Part shown: positions 10,156 to 20,554 of the stretch, piece after piece
How the letters are laid out: each line of letters begins with the position of its first letter
How positions within the stretch are numbered: position 1 is the first letter of the stretch
Assembly (NCBI GenBank): GCA_029881255.1
Contig: JAOUMY010000010.1
Coordinates: forward strand, 92,653 to 156,652
Source of the DNA: Gammaproteobacteria bacterium
GTDB taxonomy: Bacteria > Pseudomonadota > Gammaproteobacteria > S012-40
Length of the DNA stretch: 64,000 nucleotides
Direction of reading: 5' to 3'
The notes under the pieces: model-generated
Database searches by the model: none
What the model was told of the DNA's origin: nothing
What the model saw: only the letters and a program-made list of their open reading frames with translations
Program-made: the position numbers and the translations under genes

Positions 10156-13008
10156 ATGAATAAATTGCCTGTTTGGAAGTTTGCGCTCATTACCTCGCTG
10201 CTTGCGTTGTTATCTGTCGGGGGTAATTTCTTTGGCATCCCTGTTTTTTTTGGGGTGGACTTCATTTTTGGTTCTGTTGCGGCAATTCTAGCACTGGTAT
10301 TTCTTGGTCTTGTTCCTGCGCTTTTTGTGTCCCTATGCGGAGGTCTGTATACCTTGGTATTATGGGGCCATCCCTATGCGATGATCATATTTGCGCTGGA
10401 GATTATTATTATCAGCGCGCTGTATAAACGAGGAACGAGAAATCTGGTCCTGGCAGATTTGCTGTTTTGGCTGACAGCGGGAGCTTGGTTGGTGTTGATA
10501 TTTTATCGGGGAGCCATAGGCGTGAGTTGGGATGCTGCGATTCTAATCGCAGTCAAACAGCCACTAAACGGTATCTTCAATACACTGATTGCCGGATTGA
10601 TTGTCCATTCATTACAGGTTAGTCCCAGGTTTTTCAAGTTAATAAAGCTTGGCAAGCCAACACTTTCTTCTTTGCTGTTTCATGCCTTGCTTACGACGAT
10701 ACTTATCGCCGGAATGTTGCCTATTCTAAACGAGGGCTACAATCAGCGACGTATTCAAGAATTATTTTTGCTTGAGCGCATGCAGGATCAGGCGAAACAA
10801 ATACGTTCTACTTTGAAGCAATCCACAACGCTGTCGAATTTAAAATTTCAACTTGACGAGAGTGATAGCGACGGCATTGCGATACTCGATGCTGCAGGAA
10901 ATACAATTTTTCGCATCGGCGTTATTGCGAGTCTGGAAGATCAAAGTGGCGATATTGAAACGTTGGGCGACGGTTTTGAAATATGGTTGCCCATAGGTGA
11001 AGTCGCGGTGATGAAGCGCTGGAAACAAAGCCGGTATCGTCTGCGACAACGCGTTGACTCCATCGAAGGTATAAGTGCAATTGTCATTGAGCGGGAAGCG
11101 AAGCCTCTGGTGCAGGCTTTAGAAAATGGTCGGCTAAGATTATTTATTATGCTTGCAGCGCTGTTATTGGTAGGCATCATTGTCGCGAGAGGTCTCAGTA
11201 ACTGGCTGACACGCCCCCTTAGTGCATTGGACAAGGCCAGTGGGGATTTGTCTGGGCAGATTTCACAAGGAGCGCGACCAGACTTGCCAGAAAGCGTGGT
11301 AAAGGAATATGACAATCTCAGCATCACGCTTCGTGATATGGCTGATCAACTCGGAAGCAGTTTTACGGAACTGAATCAAGTTAAGGATGATCTGGAAAAA
11401 ACAGTTGAGACACGAACACACGAATTACGAGAAAGTCAGGAGCGTTGGCAGTTTGCGCTCGAAGGAGCTGGCGATGGCGTGTGGGATTGGAATGTCGCGA
11501 CGGGTAGTGTTTTCTTTTCACGGCGCTGGAAATCGATGCTTGGCTATGCTGATGACGAAGTTTCTGAGAATATCAAAGAATGGAATATACGCGTACACCC
11601 GGAGGATAAAGATAAAACGATAGCAGATTTAAATCGTCATATGAACGACGAAATTGATTATTACGAAAATGAACATCGAATGCGGTGCAAAGACGGTACT
11701 TATAAATGGATACTTGATCGCGGTAAAGTAGTGGAAAGAGATAAGGAAGGACGACCTTCTCGCGTGATTGGTACTCATACAGATATTTCTGAGCGTAAGA
11801 AAAATGAAGAACGTTTGATGGCGGCAATGAATGCGGCTGAGAAGGCCAGTCACGCCAAATCGGAATTTCTTTCCTCCATGAGTCATGAGTTGCGCACGCC
11901 TTTGAACGCTATCATTGGTTTCAGTCAGCTTATCGGGCTGGACGCCGAAGATGCGGTGGTTAAATCAAATTCCGCAGAAATCTACAATGCGGGAAAACAT
12001 CTGCTGGAATTGATAAATGACATTCTTGATTTGTCGAAGATAGATTCTGGCGCCATAGGGTTGTCTTGCGAGAGTGTTGAGCTCGGCAAGCTCGTATCTG
12101 AGTGTGTGATGTTAATGGGGGCGCAAGCTGGGAAGCAACATATTGAGATAAGGAATATGATTGATGAGCACGGTTCTTATCGCATACATGCTGATTACAC
12201 TCGATTCAAACAAGTCTTGTTAAATTTGTTGTCGAATGCGATCAAGTATAATTGTGATGGTGGTAGCGTGGTGATCGATTGTGAGCGGAGCAGTGACGAC
12301 AGGATTGCGCTTTCTATAACAGATACAGGCGTTGGAATGTCGGACGAGCAATTGCAAAATCTCTTTATGCCATTCGAGCGTCTAGGGGCAGAAAAAACAG
12401 GAGTCGAAGGGACTGGTATTGGTTTGCTGATTAGCAAGCGTCTAATGGAGCTCATGGATGGAAGTATAAGCGTTAGTAGTGAAGTTAAGGCGGGAACGAT
12501 ATTCACAATAAGTATAGGTTTGTCCAAGAATGAAGTTGTGGAGAAAATAAGTGACATAGGCGTCGATGATGATAGGCGGAATGTAATACCTGGTTCTGAG
12601 GCTAGTGACAGGCTGGTGTTATACATTGAAGATAACCCTGCCAATTTACAACTGGTAGCGCAGATTTTTTCATCTCTCACCTCATATCAGCTGATATACG
12701 CCACGAATGCCGTCGACGGAATTGCGCTTGCGAAATCGCGGCTACCCGATCTTATTCTGATGGATATCAATATGCCGGGCATGGACGGCTATGAGGCGCT
12801 TGCCATGCTCAAGGCCGATAAATTGACCAAGCATATCCCTGTCGCGGCAGTGAGCGGAAACGCTATGCAGTCCGATATTCGTAAAGGTTTGAAAGCAGGT
12901 TTTGAGCTGTATTTAACCAAGCCATTCCAAATTGGTGATCTGGTTGATAAGTTACATTTTCTACTATCGAATGCCCCGCCAATAGAGCGTTCTGGGACAA
13001 GTAGCTAG
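10156..13008 (+). CDS. Hybrid sensor histidine kinase (polytopic membrane sensor - HAMP - PAS - HisKA - HATPase - REC)
   Basis: 950 aa. It has about 6 N-terminal TM helices, a PAS region (WQFALEGAGDGVWDW), the H-box SHELRTPLNAI, the G-boxes DTGVGM/GTGIGL, and a C-terminal receiver (DLILMDINMPGMDG). Confidence 0.85.
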   Translation: MNKLPVWKFALITSLLALLSVGGNFFGIPVFFGVDFIFGSVAAILALVFLGLVPALFVSLCGGLYTLVLWGHPYAMIIFALEIIIISALYKRGTRNLVLADLLFWLTAGAWLVLIFYRGAIGVSWDAAILIAVKQPLNGIFNTLIAGLIVHSLQVSPRFFKLIKLGKPTLSSLLFHALLTTILIAGMLPILNEGYNQRRIQELFLLERMQDQAKQIRSTLKQSTTLSNLKFQLDESDSDGIAILDAAGNTIFRIGVIASLEDQSGDIETLGDGFEIWLPIGEVAVMKRWKQSRYRLRQRVDSIEGISAIVIEREAKPLVQALENGRLRLFIMLAALLLVGIIVARGLSNWLTRPLSALDKASGDLSGQISQGARPDLPESVVKEYDNLSITLRDMADQLGSSFTELNQVKDDLEKTVETRTHELRESQERWQFALEGAGDGVWDWNVATGSVFFSRRWKSMLGYADDEVSENIKEWNIRVHPEDKDKTIADLNRHMNDEIDYYENEHRMRCKDGTYKWILDRGKVVERDKEGRPSRVIGTHTDISERKKNEERLMAAMNAAEKASHAKSEFLSSMSHELRTPLNAIIGFSQLIGLDAEDAVVKSNSAEIYNAGKHLLELINDILDLSKIDSGAIGLSCESVELGKLVSECVMLMGAQAGKQHIEIRNMIDEHGSYRIHADYTRFKQVLLNLLSNAIKYNCDGGSVVIDCERSSDDRIALSITDTGVGMSDEQLQNLFMPFERLGAEKTGVEGTGIGLLISKRLMELMDGSISVSSEVKAGTIFTISIGLSKNEVVEKISDIGVDDDRRNVIPGSEASDRLVLYIEDNPANLQLVAQIFSSLTSYQLIYATNAVDGIALAKSRLPDLILMDINMPGMDGYEALAMLKADKLTKHIPVAAVSGNAMQSDIRKGLKAGFELYLTKPFQIGDLVDKLHFLLSNAPPIERSGTSS

Positions 13009-13101
13009 TTTTCTACTCATCACTGAATAATAGCAGCTATGTTTATTCTGAACTGAAACGTCTCATTTTTTGTGCTGGGTTATAGCAGTTTCAATCGTTA
13101 T

Positions 13102-13971
13102 TCAACTCCCGCTATAAACATTCAAAGCGTTTCGGTTTCGAAAATATAATGAGTGTGTGTCGGGGTTAAGTGAAGCATCGGTAGAAGTATCGACGGCTAA
13201 TTGTTTTAACAGGATATCCATTAAAGCGCGGCGACACTGTACTCGAATACAATCTCCTTCGTTGTCGTACTGCCCTAGAATTAATTTCTGTCGTCTTTGA
13301 TCCAGGTGAGGGTGCGGAGCCAATTCCAGTGTGACAATGTCATTCCATTCTTCGTCGTAATTTGCATCGGACTCTGCCGGTTCGTCGATTTGTTTGGTCT
13401 TGCTTAGATGAGACAGATCGATATTCCTGAATTCGTAATGATTTTCGCAAAAGGCCCGTGCATACCAGTGTGAGTTTTGGCTGATGAGCGTGTGAGGCTC
13501 GATGATAGCTGCTTCGCCTGGGTTGTCGCCAATGCTAAAAATCGCTAATTTCTTTTTCCACTTAATCGCCTGGGTGATTTGCGCTACATACAATTTTTCC
13601 GGTAGTCGATAAGGAAGGGCTGCGCTTACGCAGGGAACACCGTAAATATTAGGGCTGTTTTGCGTGGCGTTGGTGGTCAAGTTACTTGCCAGCATCGGTA
13701 ACACCCATCGCGGATTTAAATCAGAAAACATCGCTGCAAAATCCAGTGTCGGCACATAACCGAATAAGTTTTGCCGGTATACCAAGTTGCTTGGTGCAAG
13801 ATCATTATAAAGCTTGAGGTCTTTTGTTGCTGCAGCGTCAGACAAGCGAAACGCATTAGCAATATCGCTGCGTGTGACAAGCCCACAATAGTACGCCATG
13901 ACTTCGATATATAGCAGACGCTGTCGGGTATGCCATTTGATATCGCTGAACATCATTGTTTGAGTTGTCAT
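13102..13971 (-). CDS. Putative HTH + WYL-domain transcriptional regulator
   Basis: 289 aa. The N-terminus looks like a winged HTH (VTRSDIANAFRLSDAAATKDLKLY). The central segment IIEPHTLISQNSHWYARAFCENHYEFRNIDLSHL fits the WYL-domain pattern (P..l....WY..a.c......FR...l). Transcribed divergently from recA. Confidence 0.55.
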   Translation of the reverse strand: MTTQTMMFSDIKWHTRQRLLYIEVMAYYCGLVTRSDIANAFRLSDAAATKDLKLYNDLAPSNLVYRQNLFGYVPTLDFAAMFSDLNPRWVLPMLASNLTTNATQNSPNIYGVPCVSAALPYRLPEKLYVAQITQAIKWKKKLAIFSIGDNPGEAAIIEPHTLISQNSHWYARAFCENHYEFRNIDLSHLSKTKQIDEPAESDANYDEEWNDIVTLELAPHPHLDQRRQKLILGQYDNEGDCIRVQCRRALMDILLKQLAVDTSTDASLNPDTHSLYFRNRNALNVYSGS

Positions 13972-14067
13972 CGTTAGTGCTCGTTGATCAAAACTTCGCC
14001 AGTGGTTCTCAAGTTACACGCGTATGAATCTATATGTGTGTATAAATAACCAAGGTGGTAAAAAATA

Positions 14068-14096
14068 TTGACACTGAAAAAAGTATAAACTATTGT
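14068..14096 (+). promoter_or_regulatory. Candidate sigma70 promoter of recA
   Basis: TTGACA (14068-14073), a 17-nt spacer, then TATTGT (14091-14096). The -10 element overlaps the SOS-box-like palindrome, as in E. coli recA. Confidence 0.45.
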
Positions 14097-14110
14097 ACGT
14101 TTATACAGTG
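14091..14110. promoter_or_regulatory. LexA (SOS) box-like operator upstream of recA
   Basis: TATTGTACGTTTATACAGTG equals TTGT-N8-ACAG. It has one mismatch to the gammaproteobacterial CTGT-N8-ACAG core and lies 71 nt upstream of the recA ATG. Confidence 0.5.
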
Positions 14111-14180
14111 GTTTTGGGCAAGTATCGGTGCGGGATGTTTTATCGCAACAGGGCTAATCAACGTTAAAGGGTTTGTGAAT

Positions 14181-15215
14181 ATGGAAGACAACAAAAAGCG
14201 TGCGCTGAATGCGGCGTTGAGTCAGATCGAAAAGCAATTTGGTAAAGGGTCAGTGATGCGCATGGGTGATGAAAATGCCGTGCGTGATATCGAGGCTATT
14301 TCCACTGGTTCTCTGGGTCTGGACGTGGCGCTTGGCATCGGTGGGTTGCCTAAGGGGCGCGTCGTGGAAATTTATGGACCGGAATCCTCGGGTAAAACCA
14401 CGCTGACACTGTCGACGATTGCACAGTGTCAGAAGACTGGTGGGACGGCGGCCTTTATCGACGCGGAACACGCGCTTGATCCCATTTATGCGCAGAAGCT
14501 GGGTGTTAATATCGACGATTTGCTGGTGTCGCAGCCGGATACGGGCGAACAGGCGCTGGAAATTGCCGACATGCTAGTGCGATCTGCCGCCGTAGATTTG
14601 ATCGTTATCGACTCGGTCGCCGCGCTTACGCCCAAGGCGGAAATCGAAGGTGAGATGGGTGATAGCCACGTCGGATTGCAGGCGCGTTTGATGTCGCAGG
14701 CATTGCGTAAACTCACCGGTAATATCAAACGCACCAATTGTATGGTGATCTTTATTAACCAGATTCGTATGAAGATCGGCGTTATGTTTGGTAATCCCGA
14801 GACCACCACCGGTGGTAATGCACTCAAGTTCTATGCCTCAGTACGCCTCGATATCCGCCGCACCGGTGCCATCAAGAAAGGTGAGGAAGTTGTAGGTAGT
14901 GCGACCAAGGTCAAGGTTGTCAAAAATAAAGTGGCACCGCCATTCAAGCAGACTGAATTCGACATTCTCTATGGTGAAGGCATCTCTCGAGAAGGCGAGA
15001 TCATCGACATGGGCGTTAATATGAATATCGTGGATAAAGCCGGTGCCTGGTATAGCTATAACGGTGACCGCATCGGTCAGGGCAAAGACAATGTAAGGAA
15101 TTTCCTGAAGGAGAATCCTGCTATTGCCCAGGATATCGAGGCACGAGTACGTGCCGAAATGTTGCCTGGCGCTGTGCCCGCAGGTGAGCCGGTGGTCGAG
15201 CCGGAAGAGGCTTGA
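14181..15215 (+). CDS. recA: Recombinase RecA
   Basis: [29 protein letters not shown]..., Walker [10 protein letters not shown]. The start is the ATG at 14181 inside the longer tracked ORF. Confidence 0.97.
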   Translation: MEDNKKRALNAALSQIEKQFGKGSVMRMGDENAVRDIEAISTGSLGLDVALGIGGLPKGRVVEIYGPESSGKTTLTLSTIAQCQKTGGTAAFIDAEHALDPIYAQKLGVNIDDLLVSQPDTGEQALEIADMLVRSAAVDLIVIDSVAALTPKAEIEGEMGDSHVGLQARLMSQALRKLTGNIKRTNCMVIFINQIRMKIGVMFGNPETTTGGNALKFYASVRLDIRRTGAIKKGEEVVGSATKVKVVKNKVAPPFKQTEFDILYGEGISREGEIIDMGVNMNIVDKAGAWYSYNGDRIGQGKDNVRNFLKENPAIAQDIEARVRAEMLPGAVPAGEPVVEPEEA

Positions 15216-15673
15216 TGGGTCAGGACATATATAAAAGTATAAATCTCGCCGCCTTGCGTTGCCTGGGGCGGCGAGAATATGGAATCGCAGAACTCACTCA
15301 GCATCTGTGTCACAAAGGATTTCCCTCCAAGACCGTAGCCGAGGTCGTCAAACAACTGCAAAACGAGGGCGCTATCAGCGATCAACGGTTTGCGGAATCA
15401 TATATTCGTGCGAGAATAGCGCGGGGTTTTGGACCCCAGCGCGTGGTAAATGAATTGCGCCAGAAGGGTATCGCAGACGAGGTCATTGATTTTTCTCTCT
15501 CCGATATCGAAGATCAGGAGATGACCGACTGGTCTGGTCTGGCTGCCCGTGTACGTGAAAAGCGCTTCGGTGTGAACGCTCCGGCGACAGTGCAGGACAA
15601 GGCCAAGCAATGGCGCTATCTACAGTACAAGGGCTTCACCAGCGAACAGATACACTCCCTATTTAACGATTAA
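15212..15673 (+). CDS. recX: RecA regulator RecX
   Basis: 153 aa overlapping the recA stop by 4 nt. It shows the RecX three-repeat helical pattern ([10 protein letters not shown]..., [14 protein letters not shown]). Confidence 0.85.
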   Translation: MMGQDIYKSINLAALRCLGRREYGIAELTQHLCHKGFPSKTVAEVVKQLQNEGAISDQRFAESYIRARIARGFGPQRVVNELRQKGIADEVIDFSLSDIEDQEMTDWSGLAARVREKRFGVNAPATVQDKAKQWRYLQYKGFTSEQIHSLFND

Positions 15674-15742
15674 CAGACTCCGACGGAAGGCTGATAACGC
15701 TGTCCCGTAACGGGGTTGTGTGAGCAGGAAAGATTTTTGGTT

Positions 15743-18343
15743 ATGAAGGCAGCACAGATCAGGCAGGCGTTTCTCGATTATTTTGCGAGCAAAGGGCACG
15801 AAATTGTACCCAGTAGTTCCTTGGTGCCCGGCAATGATCCTACCTTGCTGTTCACCAACGCGGGCATGGTTCAGTTCAAGGATTTGTTTCTTGGTCGCGA
15901 AAAGCGCGCCTATCAAAGAGCAACATCGTCACAGCGCTGTGTTCGCGCTGGCGGCAAACACAATGACCTGGAGAATGTCGGTTACACTGCGCGTCACCAC
16001 ACCTTTTTCGAAATGCTCGGCAACTTCAGTTTCGGCGACTACTTCAAGCACGACGCGATTGCCTATGCCTGGGAGTTTCTTACGGAAGTGCTCAAGCTCC
16101 CGCCAGAACGTTTGTGGATAACCGTATTTGATGAAGATAAGGAAGCCGAGACGATCTGGCTAAACGATATCGGTGTTGATCCGAACCGTTTTTCGCGCAT
16201 AGGCGCAAAAGACAATTTCTGGTCCATGGGTGATACTGGACCGTGCGGACCTTGTACCGAAATATTTTATGACCACGGACCCGAAGTGGCGGGTGGTCCA
16301 CCGGGGACGCCAGAAGAAGACGGCGATCGCTATGTCGAGATCTGGAACCTGGTATTCATGCAATATGACCGTTCTGCGGACGGCACCCTGACACCATTAC
16401 CCAAGCCATCGGTGGATACCGGCGCGGGGCTTGAGCGTGTTGCCGCTGTCATGCAGAAAGTGCGCAGCAATTACGAAATCGATTTGTTTCAGGCTTTAAT
16501 TAAGGCAGCGGCGGCGGCGACCAAGTGCGGCGATTTGACACATAACTCGCTCAAGGTCATTGCTGATCATATCCGCTCCTGCGTGTTTCTGATTATTGAT
16601 GGTGTCGTGCCTTCCAACGAAGGACGCGGTTATGTGCTTAGGCGCATTATTCGTCGCGCACTGCGTCATGGTTATGAGCTTGGCCAGAAGGATTTGTTCT
16701 TTCACAAACTGGTTAAAACGCTAGCCGAGCAAATGGGCGATGCCTATCCCGAATTGATCCAATCACAGGCCCAGGTAGAAAAAATTCTGCGCCGCGAAGA
16801 AGAGCGTTTTGCCGAAACGCTGGAACAGGGTATGGGCATACTCGAAGGTGCGATTGCCAGTCTCAGTGGTAAACAAATCCCAGGTGAAACCGTATTCCGT
16901 TTATATGATACCTATGGTTTTCCTGTCGACCTGACCGAAGATATCGCGCGTAATCGTGGTCTGACCATTGATCATGCCGGATTCGAAAAGGCGATGGAAG
17001 GTCAGCGTGATCGCGCCCGTGCGGCCAGTCAGTTCAAAGCGGACTACAGTGCAGACCTGGATATTGAAGGCAAGACAGAATTTACCGGCTATGAAAATCT
17101 GGTAGACAAAGTCACCATCGAAGCCATTTTCGTTGAAGGTAAACCGGTCACTCATTTAAGTACGGGTGAACAAGGTATCGTCGTTTTAAATAAAACACCT
17201 TTTTATGCAGAGTCCGGTGGCCAGGTTGGGGATACGGGCATGCTTCGTGGCAAAGGTGTCGAAGTAGAAATCAGTGACACCCAAAAACAGGCCGGTGGGG
17301 TATTTGTGCATTTCGCCGTGGTTGAACAGGGTGAACTGAAAGAAGGCGCACAGCTTAGTGCCGAAGTCGATGAGGAAGATAGAAAGCGTATCGCCTGTAA
17401 TCACTCCGCTACGCATTTGCTACATGCTGCCTTACGCCAGGTGTTGGGTGAGCATGTACAGCAAAAAGGCTCGCTGGTGGAAGCCAATCGTCTGCGTTTC
17501 GATTTTTCTCACCCAGAGCCTGTTAGCAATGAGCAACTGATCGATATTGAGAATCTGGTAAACAAACACATCCGCGGTAATCACACCGTCGAAACCAAAC
17601 TCATGCAAATTGAAGCGGCCAAGGCCAGCGGTGCGATGGCGTTATTTGGCGAGAAGTACGACGACGAAGTCCGCGTATTGCGCATGAGTGATTTTTCAGT
17701 TGAGTTGTGTGGCGGTACGCATGTTACTCGTACTGGCGATATCGGATTGCTCAAAATCCTGAATGAGGGCGGTGTAGCCGCTGGCGTTCGTCGAATCGAA
17801 GCGATAGCTGGTGAAGGCGCTTTGCAGTCGGTACAACAAGGCGACGCAGTATTGTCGCAATTAGCGAGCTTACTCAAGACCAGCAAAGATCAGGTGCAGG
17901 ATAAATTGCATCAGCTATTTGAACGCAACCGTCTTTTGGAAAAAGAGCTGGATCAGTTGAAGTCCAAGATGGCCAGCGCAGCCGGTAGTGATCTGAGTGG
18001 TTCGGCCAAAGAGATAAAAGGAATTAAAGTCGTCGCTGCGCGTCTGGACGGTGCCGATGCCAAATCGCTGCGCGATACAGTAGATCAATTAAAGAACAAG
18101 CTGGGTAAGGCGGCAGTTGTGCTGGCGACAGTCGAAGATGGCAAGGTGCGTCTGATTGCGGGCGTGACCAAGGAAAGTACGGATAAAATCAAGGCGGGCG
18201 AACTGGTGAATATGGTAGCCCAACAGGTGGGTGGAAAAGGCGGCGGAAGACCAGATATGGCCCAGGCCGGCGGTACCGACCCGACAAATTTGGATGCAGC
18301 ATTACAGTCAGTGGAGGGCTGGGTTTCAGATAAGCTGGGTTAA
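15743..18343 (+). CDS. alaS: Alanine-tRNA ligase
   Basis: [29 protein letters not shown]..., an editing-domain HxxxH/CGGTH motif and a C-terminal DHHA1-like tail. The start is the ATG at 15743. Confidence 0.97.
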   Translation: MKAAQIRQAFLDYFASKGHEIVPSSSLVPGNDPTLLFTNAGMVQFKDLFLGREKRAYQRATSSQRCVRAGGKHNDLENVGYTARHHTFFEMLGNFSFGDYFKHDAIAYAWEFLTEVLKLPPERLWITVFDEDKEAETIWLNDIGVDPNRFSRIGAKDNFWSMGDTGPCGPCTEIFYDHGPEVAGGPPGTPEEDGDRYVEIWNLVFMQYDRSADGTLTPLPKPSVDTGAGLERVAAVMQKVRSNYEIDLFQALIKAAAAATKCGDLTHNSLKVIADHIRSCVFLIIDGVVPSNEGRGYVLRRIIRRALRHGYELGQKDLFFHKLVKTLAEQMGDAYPELIQSQAQVEKILRREEERFAETLEQGMGILEGAIASLSGKQIPGETVFRLYDTYGFPVDLTEDIARNRGLTIDHAGFEKAMEGQRDRARAASQFKADYSADLDIEGKTEFTGYENLVDKVTIEAIFVEGKPVTHLSTGEQGIVVLNKTPFYAESGGQVGDTGMLRGKGVEVEISDTQKQAGGVFVHFAVVEQGELKEGAQLSAEVDEEDRKRIACNHSATHLLHAALRQVLGEHVQQKGSLVEANRLRFDFSHPEPVSNEQLIDIENLVNKHIRGNHTVETKLMQIEAAKASGAMALFGEKYDDEVRVLRMSDFSVELCGGTHVTRTGDIGLLKILNEGGVAAGVRRIEAIAGEGALQSVQQGDAVLSQLASLLKTSKDQVQDKLHQLFERNRLLEKELDQLKSKMASAAGSDLSGSAKEIKGIKVVAARLDGADAKSLRDTVDQLKNKLGKAAVVLATVEDGKVRLIAGVTKESTDKIKAGELVNMVAQQVGGKGGGRPDMAQAGGTDPTNLDAALQSVEGWVSDKLG

Positions 18344-18423
18344 TGGGGATATAAAACGAAGTTCCTTTATATTTTATTTTGGATAAGGTTTAATCGCCTC
18401 CCTCTTATTTACCGGTTTAAATA

Positions 18424-19656
18424 ATGGCATTAATTGTACAAAAATACGGAGGAACATCCGTAGGTAACATCGAGCGTATTAATAACGTCGCAGCCAGGGT
18501 TAAACGCTGGCATGACGAAGGGCACGATGTGGTCGTAGCCGTGTCGGCAATGAGCGGGGAAACCAATCGCCTTACAGCGCTCGCACACCAAATTAACTCG
18601 GCGCCTGATGCGCGCGAACTCGATGTATTGCTGTCCACCGGCGAGCAGGTCACTATTGCTTTGCTGGCAATGGCATTACAAAACATAGGCTGTTCCGCGC
18701 GTTCTTATACGGGTGCCCAGGTCCATATTCTGACAGATGAAGCCTATGGCAAGGCGCGTATTCTCGAAATCGAGGACAAGAAAATTCGCGACGACCTCGC
18801 TCAAGGGCGGATAGTCATTGTTGCGGGTTTTCAGGGCGTCGATGCTGCGGGCAATATTACGACATTGGGTCGCGGCGGCTCTGATACCACAGCGGTCGCT
18901 TTGGCGGCAGCGTTAAAGGCGGAAGAATGTCAGATCTATACTGACGTCGATGGCGTTTATACTACCGATCCCCGGGTTGTGCCCGAAGCAAGACGCATGG
19001 ACCGCGTGACTTTTGAAGAGATGCTTGAGCTGGCCAGTCTCGGCGCCAAGGTATTACAGATACGTTCAGTAGAATTCGGCAGTAAGTACAATGTACCAAT
19101 TCGCGTTCTATCTTCCATGCAGGAAGGCGGTGGTACGTTAATTTGTCATGAGGATCAAAACATGGAACAGGCACTGATTTCCGGTATTGCCTTTAACCAG
19201 GACGAAGCTGAGCTGACCGTGCTCGGCGTTCCCGACACGCCAGGCATGGCGTTCCAGATTCTGGGCCCTATCGGCAAGGCCAATATCGAAGTGGATATGA
19301 TTATCCAGAATGTGGGGGCTGATGGCTCCACTGATTTTACCTTTACCGTACATCGCCGCGATTATGAGAAGGCAAAATCGATACTTGAGCAGACCGCCAA
19401 GACCCTGGGCGCGCGTGAGGTCAAGGGTGACACTAAAATCGTCAAGATTTCTATTGTTGGCGTGGGTATGCGCTCACATGCCGGTATTGCCAGCACAATG
19501 TTTGAGGCTTTAGCTAAGGAAAACATTAACATACGTATGATTTCCACCTCAGAGATCAAGATTTCGGTGGTGGTTGATGAAAAATATCTCGAGCTGGGGG
19601 TGAGAGCTTTGCACTCAGCATTCGAGTTAGAAAAAGAACCTGTGGCCGCAAAATAG
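18424..19656 (+). CDS. lysC: Aspartate kinase
   Basis: MALIVQKYGGTSVG..., an amino-acid kinase core and two C-terminal ACT domains. It sits in the conserved alaS-lysC-csrA position. Confidence 0.9.
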   Translation: MALIVQKYGGTSVGNIERINNVAARVKRWHDEGHDVVVAVSAMSGETNRLTALAHQINSAPDARELDVLLSTGEQVTIALLAMALQNIGCSARSYTGAQVHILTDEAYGKARILEIEDKKIRDDLAQGRIVIVAGFQGVDAAGNITTLGRGGSDTTAVALAAALKAEECQIYTDVDGVYTTDPRVVPEARRMDRVTFEEMLELASLGAKVLQIRSVEFGSKYNVPIRVLSSMQEGGGTLICHEDQNMEQALISGIAFNQDEAELTVLGVPDTPGMAFQILGPIGKANIEVDMIIQNVGADGSTDFTFTVHRRDYEKAKSILEQTAKTLGAREVKGDTKIVKISIVGVGMRSHAGIASTMFEALAKENINIRMISTSEIKISVVVDEKYLELGVRALHSAFELEKEPVAAK

Positions 19657-19868
19657 GTCATATGTTTCTGAAAACAAAGATATAAAATAAAGCGTCCTCG
19701 TCCAACGACAGTATATGTGGGATCATAAAAAAACCTATTAAAGGCTTGAAATTAAAGGTTTTAGTTGAATAAAGTTTAGTCTGATCTGGTCGATACAAGC
19801 TATTAACGGAGTTTGAGAGAACTCTCGTCTGCTTGTACGGACAGTCGGCTAAAAAGGAGATAGCGGTA

Positions 19869-20066
19869 ATGCTGATTTTGACAAGACGCGTAGGTGAAAC
19901 ACTCATCATTGGAGACGACGTAACCGTCACAGTGCTTGGTGTTAAAGGCAATCAAGTACGAATAGGCGTCAATGCGCCTAAGGACGTATCGGTCCATCGT
20001 GAAGAGATTTACGAACGTATCCAACGTGAAAAAGGCGATGGCGATGCCGATGCGGCTGCCAGCTGA
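19869..20066 (+). CDS. csrA: Carbon storage regulator CsrA
   Basis: [48 protein letters not shown]. The start is the ATG at 19869, preceded by AAGGAG. Confidence 0.95.
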   Translation: MLILTRRVGETLIIGDDVTVTVLGVKGNQVRIGVNAPKDVSVHREEIYERIQREKGDGDADAAAS

Positions 20067-20333
20067 TTTACAAAGGTATTAGATTTACGAACTACATCGC
20101 TGGCCGGGCAGAGGGGCTAGAATAACAAGAAAACCAGGGCGGTCCAGCGATGCCAATCAAGCCCCCATTTCAAAACTTCATCCCATGACATCAAGTTTCC
20201 TGTAACATGCTCCCCGCTGACTGCAAAAAAGGGTTTCATAATCTACTGTAATTTGGGAAAATACCGCGCATTCGTGCGTCGGGTATTGGAAGACGCCGAG
20301 CAGCAGAAATTGCACGGCTAATGGCGAAGTTAG

Positions 20334-20362
20334 TTGACCCCGGGAATTAGTAGCGAAAGAAT
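20334..20362 (+). promoter_or_regulatory. Weak candidate promoter for tRNA-Ser
   Basis: TTGACC, a 17-nt spacer, then AAGAAT, about 42 nt upstream of the tRNA 5' end. The -10 element is poor. Confidence 0.3.
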
Positions 20363-20403
20363 TTCAAACACAGCGCATCTGCGTTGTTTGATAACAGAGT
20401 TTT

Positions 20404-20494
20404 GGAGAGGTGGCCGAGAGGCCGAAGGCGCTCCCCTGCTAAGGGAGTATACGCCAAAAGCGTATCGAGGGTTCGAATCCCTCCCTCTCCGCCA
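20404..20494 (+). tRNA. tRNA-Ser (anticodon GCU), encoded CCA
   Basis: Manual cloverleaf: acceptor GGAGAGG/CCTCTCC, anticodon stem CTCCC/GGGAG with loop CTGCTAA, a long variable arm, T-arm GAGGG-TTCGAAT-CCCTC, then discriminator G + CCA. Confidence 0.9.
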
Positions 20495-20554
20495 TACCAA
20501 AAAAAAGGGCTCCCCATCGGGGAGCCCTTTTTTTTGGTATGGCGGAGAGGGAGG
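20480..20554. repeat. Perfect 36-bp-arm inverted repeat (3-nt loop) containing the last 15 nt of tRNA-Ser and a bidirectional terminator core
   Basis: The 20480-20515 arm is the exact reverse complement of 20519-20554. The inner part, GGGCTCCCC-atc-GGGGAGCCC, is flanked by A8/T8. Confidence 0.85.

Noticed and set aside
12195-12680. 161-aa minus-strand ORF inside the hybrid kinase gene
   Set aside because: It is antisense to a region encoding clear HATPase motifs and has Ser/Leu-rich shadow-ORF composition.
18344-18423. Lysine (L-box) riboswitch upstream of aspartate kinase
   Set aside because: The intergenic region is only 80 nt and AT-rich, which is too short for an L-box of about 180 nt.
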